A DNA stretch of 64,000 bases from Mobula hypostoma (taxonomy: Eukaryota). Every line of letters starts with the position of its first letter. Position 1 is the stretch's first letter. Below the pieces are notes generated by a model, which was not told the DNA's origin, did no database searches, and saw only the letters and a program-made list of their open reading frames with translations. The translations under genes and the position numbers were made by a program. The DNA lies in the NCBI RefSeq assembly GCF_963921235.1, contig NC_086104.1, positions 21,700,001 to 21,764,000 on the forward strand. The letters are read 5' to 3'. Below are positions 60,865 through 64,000 of this stretch, in pieces.

Positions 60865-62029
60865 CCTATCTACCTGTGAGGCAACTTTCAGGGATCTGTG
60901 GACATGTACCCCCAGATCCCTCTGCTCCTTCACACTACCAAGTATCCTGCCATTTACTTTGTACTCGGAGTTTGTCCTTCCAAAGTGTACCACCTCACAC
61001 TTCTCCGGGTTGAACACCATCTGCCACTTCTCAGCCCACTTCTGCATCCTATCAATGTCTCTCTGCAATCTTCGACAATCCTCTACACTATCTACAACAC
61101 CACCAACCTTTGTGTCGTCTGCAAACTTGCCAATCCACCCTTCTACCCCCACATCCAGGTCGTTAATAAAAATCACGAAAAGTAGAGATCCCAGAACTGA
61201 TCCTTGTGGGACACCACTAGTCACAACCCTCCAATCCGAATGTACTCCCTCCACCACAACCCTCTGCCTTCTGCAGGCAAGACAATTCAGAATCCAGCTG
61301 GCCAAACTTCCCTGGATCCCATGCCTTCTGACTTTCTGAATAAGCCTACCGTGTGGAACCTTGTCAAATGCCTTACTAAAATCCATATAGATCACATCCA
61401 CTGCACTACACTCATCTATATGCCTGGTCACCTCCTCAAAGAACTCTATCAGGCTTGTTAGACACGATCTGCCCTTCACAAAGCCATGCTTGTAGTTCGA
61501 AAAACTTGCTAAGAGTTGAGGATAGTGAAGAAAGTTGTCAAAGGATACGTCAGAATAACTGGAGAATAGTGCAGAGAAATGGCAAATGGAGTTTAATTCA
61601 GACAAGAGGTCAAACATATAAGAGAAAAATATATGGTAAGTGGCAAGACCCTTTGAAACACTGATGTACAGAGGGATGGTTGTGTGAGAATCTTGCAGTC
61701 ATCAGTTGTGGCATTGACTGTAAAAGTCAGAAAGTCACGTTACAGCTATGTAGAACTTTAACACATTTGCAGTATTGTGTGCAGTTCTGGTCGCTGCATT
61801 ACAGGAAGGATGATCATGTGGAAGAGGTTCACCATCACATTACCTGGATTTGAGACTATCAGCTACAGACAATTAGAGACAAATTTGAGAGGAGACTTGA
61901 TAGTAGAAAAACTAGTCAGAGTCTTTTTGCCCAGGTGGAAATGTAAGAATGGGAAGGGGAGTTTTTAAAAGAGGTGTGTGAGGTAAATTCTTTTGCATAG
62001 AAAGTAGTAGGTAGTTCAAGACTCATTTC

Positions 62030-63470
62030 CTTAGCCTCCATCATTTTCTCCATAATACAAACCTAATGAGAAATATTAAAAATCTCTCCCATTTCCTTTG
62101 GTTCCACACAGAGACAAACATGCTGATGTTTAAGAAGACCTGTTTCTCTTCCTAGACACCCTTTACTCTAAATGTGCCTGTAGAATCTTTTGTGATTTTT
62201 GCCTCAACTTGCTTGCCAAATTCTTCTCGTATCCTCTTTTTGCGTGCCTAACTCCTCTTCAATGCTCTCCTACATTTGTTGTAGTCATCGAGAGATTCAT
62301 GAGCTCCCACTTGGCAGATGCTCCTTTCCCTGCTAACGATCTTGCGCAGTCATCCTCTGCAAGATCTCGCCTAATGGCTTTGAAATTCGCTCTGCCCCAG
62401 TTCAGGACCCTAACCCGTGAACCAGTCGCATCCTTTGCCTTAACTATTAGAATTGTGGTCACTGGTCCGAAAGTGCTCGCTGACAGACATTTCTGCCACT
62501 TGCCCTATCTCATTCCCTAGGAGAACGTCACATGCTGTCTTGTAGGACCCTCTGCATGTTGATAAGGGTTTTCTTGGATGCGTTTCGCAAGTTCCACTCT
62601 GTCCAAGCCTTTTACACTGAGTGGCCTCATCTATTTGACAAAAGTTAAAATCTCCTGTCAATGCTACCCTGTTACTTATTTTATTAATTTTTTTTAGCGA
62701 TAGAGCGCCCTTCCAGCCCTTCGAGCCACAGTACCCCAGCAACCCCTGACACTCCTGCTTAACCCCAGCCTAATCATGGGACAATTTACAATGACCAGTT
62801 AAACTACCTGGTACGCCTTTGGACTGTGGGAGGAAACTGGAGCTCCCAGGGAAAACCCACGCATTCCATGGGGAGGACATACTGAGACAGCGCTGGGATT
62901 GAACTCTGAACTCTGATGCCCCAAGCTGTAATAACGTTACACTAACTGCTGTGCTACTGTGGCTGTAATCTCCACATATCTGCTACTCCAATTCTCATTG
63001 ACTATTGGGAGGCCTACAATGCAATCTCGTCAGAAGGAGCATCTCCTTGTTTCTAAGTTCTAACCGTATGGCCGCACTGGATGATACCGCGAGATTATCC
63101 TCTGTAAGAACCATTGTTATGTCCTCTTCCACCAAGAAGGCAACTCTTTGTACTCTCTTACCTCCACCTCTGTCACACCTGTAGCGTCTTTATTTTGAAA
63201 CATTGAGCTGCCAGTCCTGTCCTTTTTTCTGACCTGTTTCTATTATGGCTATGAGATTGCAGCATGGGCAACTGCTGGTCTTCCATACAACCTTGCCCAG
63301 GCCTGCGCCCTGGAGAGTGAAGACTTTCCAGGCGCAGATCCATGGTCTCGCAAGACTAACGGATGCCTTTAATTTAATTATGAGATTCCACTCCCCAGAG
63401 TCAATCCATGCCTGTCCATCCACCTTACCCATTAAGGCTCTTGCATTAAAATAAATGCAATGTAAAGCCA
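62030..63470 (-). mobile_element. Old CR1 fragment (endonuclease region) with nested SINEs
   Basis: GDFNF.., EHFRTSDHNS, RVLNWGRANF. Confidence 0.7.
62695..62965 (-). mobile_element. V-SINE (HE1-like)
   Basis: Reverse complement has a tRNA head with B-box gagttcaatccc and the V-domain gcgtgggttttccctgggagctccagtttcctcccacagtccaaag. Confidence 0.75.
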
Positions 63471-64000
63471 GTTTTTATTCTGGTGTCTTCCTTTCCAGTC
63501 CTGACGAAAGGTCTCGGCCCAAAACGTCGACTGTTTATTCATTTCCAGAGATGTTGCCTGAGCTGCTGCGTTGCTTTTGATTTCCAGCATCTGCAGAAGT
63601 TCTCACATTGATCATCTTCATTCTGTGTCCTCTTGGTCCCTTTATCTACTCTTGTCACAATTTATCGGATCACCTCACCATTTGGTAGTGCTCTCTCCTG
63701 TAAGTGAAAGCTCGAATTCCACATTAAAGGTGTGAGCACAACCACCTAAGCTGATGTTCTAGTGTGACGCCACACTGTCAAAATGAAGCTTTAAACTGAG
63801 ACTGTCTTCTCACTCTGGTCTTTGGTACTATTTTAATGTAGAGCAGGAGTATTATTCAGATAACGTGGCCAACACATTTTACCTTAGACAACATTAATAA
63901 AAGAGATTATCAGATCAATATCATTGCTGCTGTTGCAGTATTCCTAGTGGCTTCCATGTTTCCTGCCATAAATCAGTGAAGTGAATTTTATAGGCTGTAA

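Larger units (their letters stand above)
58945..61490 (-). mobile_element. Relatively intact CR1 3' portion (RT to tail), split by a PLE
   Basis: HGFVKGRSCLT, YMDFSKAFDKVPH, GVPQGSVLG, KFADDTK, RPHLEYCVHFW. Confidence 0.92.

Overview
Vertebrate genomic DNA, most likely a cartilaginous fish (ray or shark). This is inferred from the V-SINE/CR1/Penelope repeat content and the divergence of the proteins. Host genes, all assembled by hand from GT/AG boundaries and phase continuity: (1) complete 16-exon CEBPZ on the minus strand (57339->17126, 1068 aa); (2) the 82-aa microprotein gene CEBPZOS on the plus strand (15883-17057), whose 3' end interlocks in antisense with the last exon of CEBPZ; (3) the first three coding exons of NDUFAF7 (+, head-to-head with CEBPZ across ~300 bp that carry a perfect DR1 element); (4) the first three exons of an unidentified minus-strand gene (ATG 10589, then 34-nt and 38-nt exons) that starts in a CpG island. 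Introns are filled with nested retroelements: L1/Tx1, a full-length RTE, many CR1 fragments, Rex1/L2-like fragments, several tRNA-derived SINE families, a Tigger-type MITE spanning a 244-N gap, and many Penelope-like elements (GIY-YIG endonuclease + RT). The Penelope pseudo-LTRs carry minimal hammerhead ribozyme motifs (CTGANGA...GAAAC-GTC); about a dozen copies are present and several are intact. Several Penelope insertions have an inverted-pLTR architecture bounded by 13-16 bp target-site duplications. Most ORFs in the supplied track are transposon fragments or their antisense shadows.
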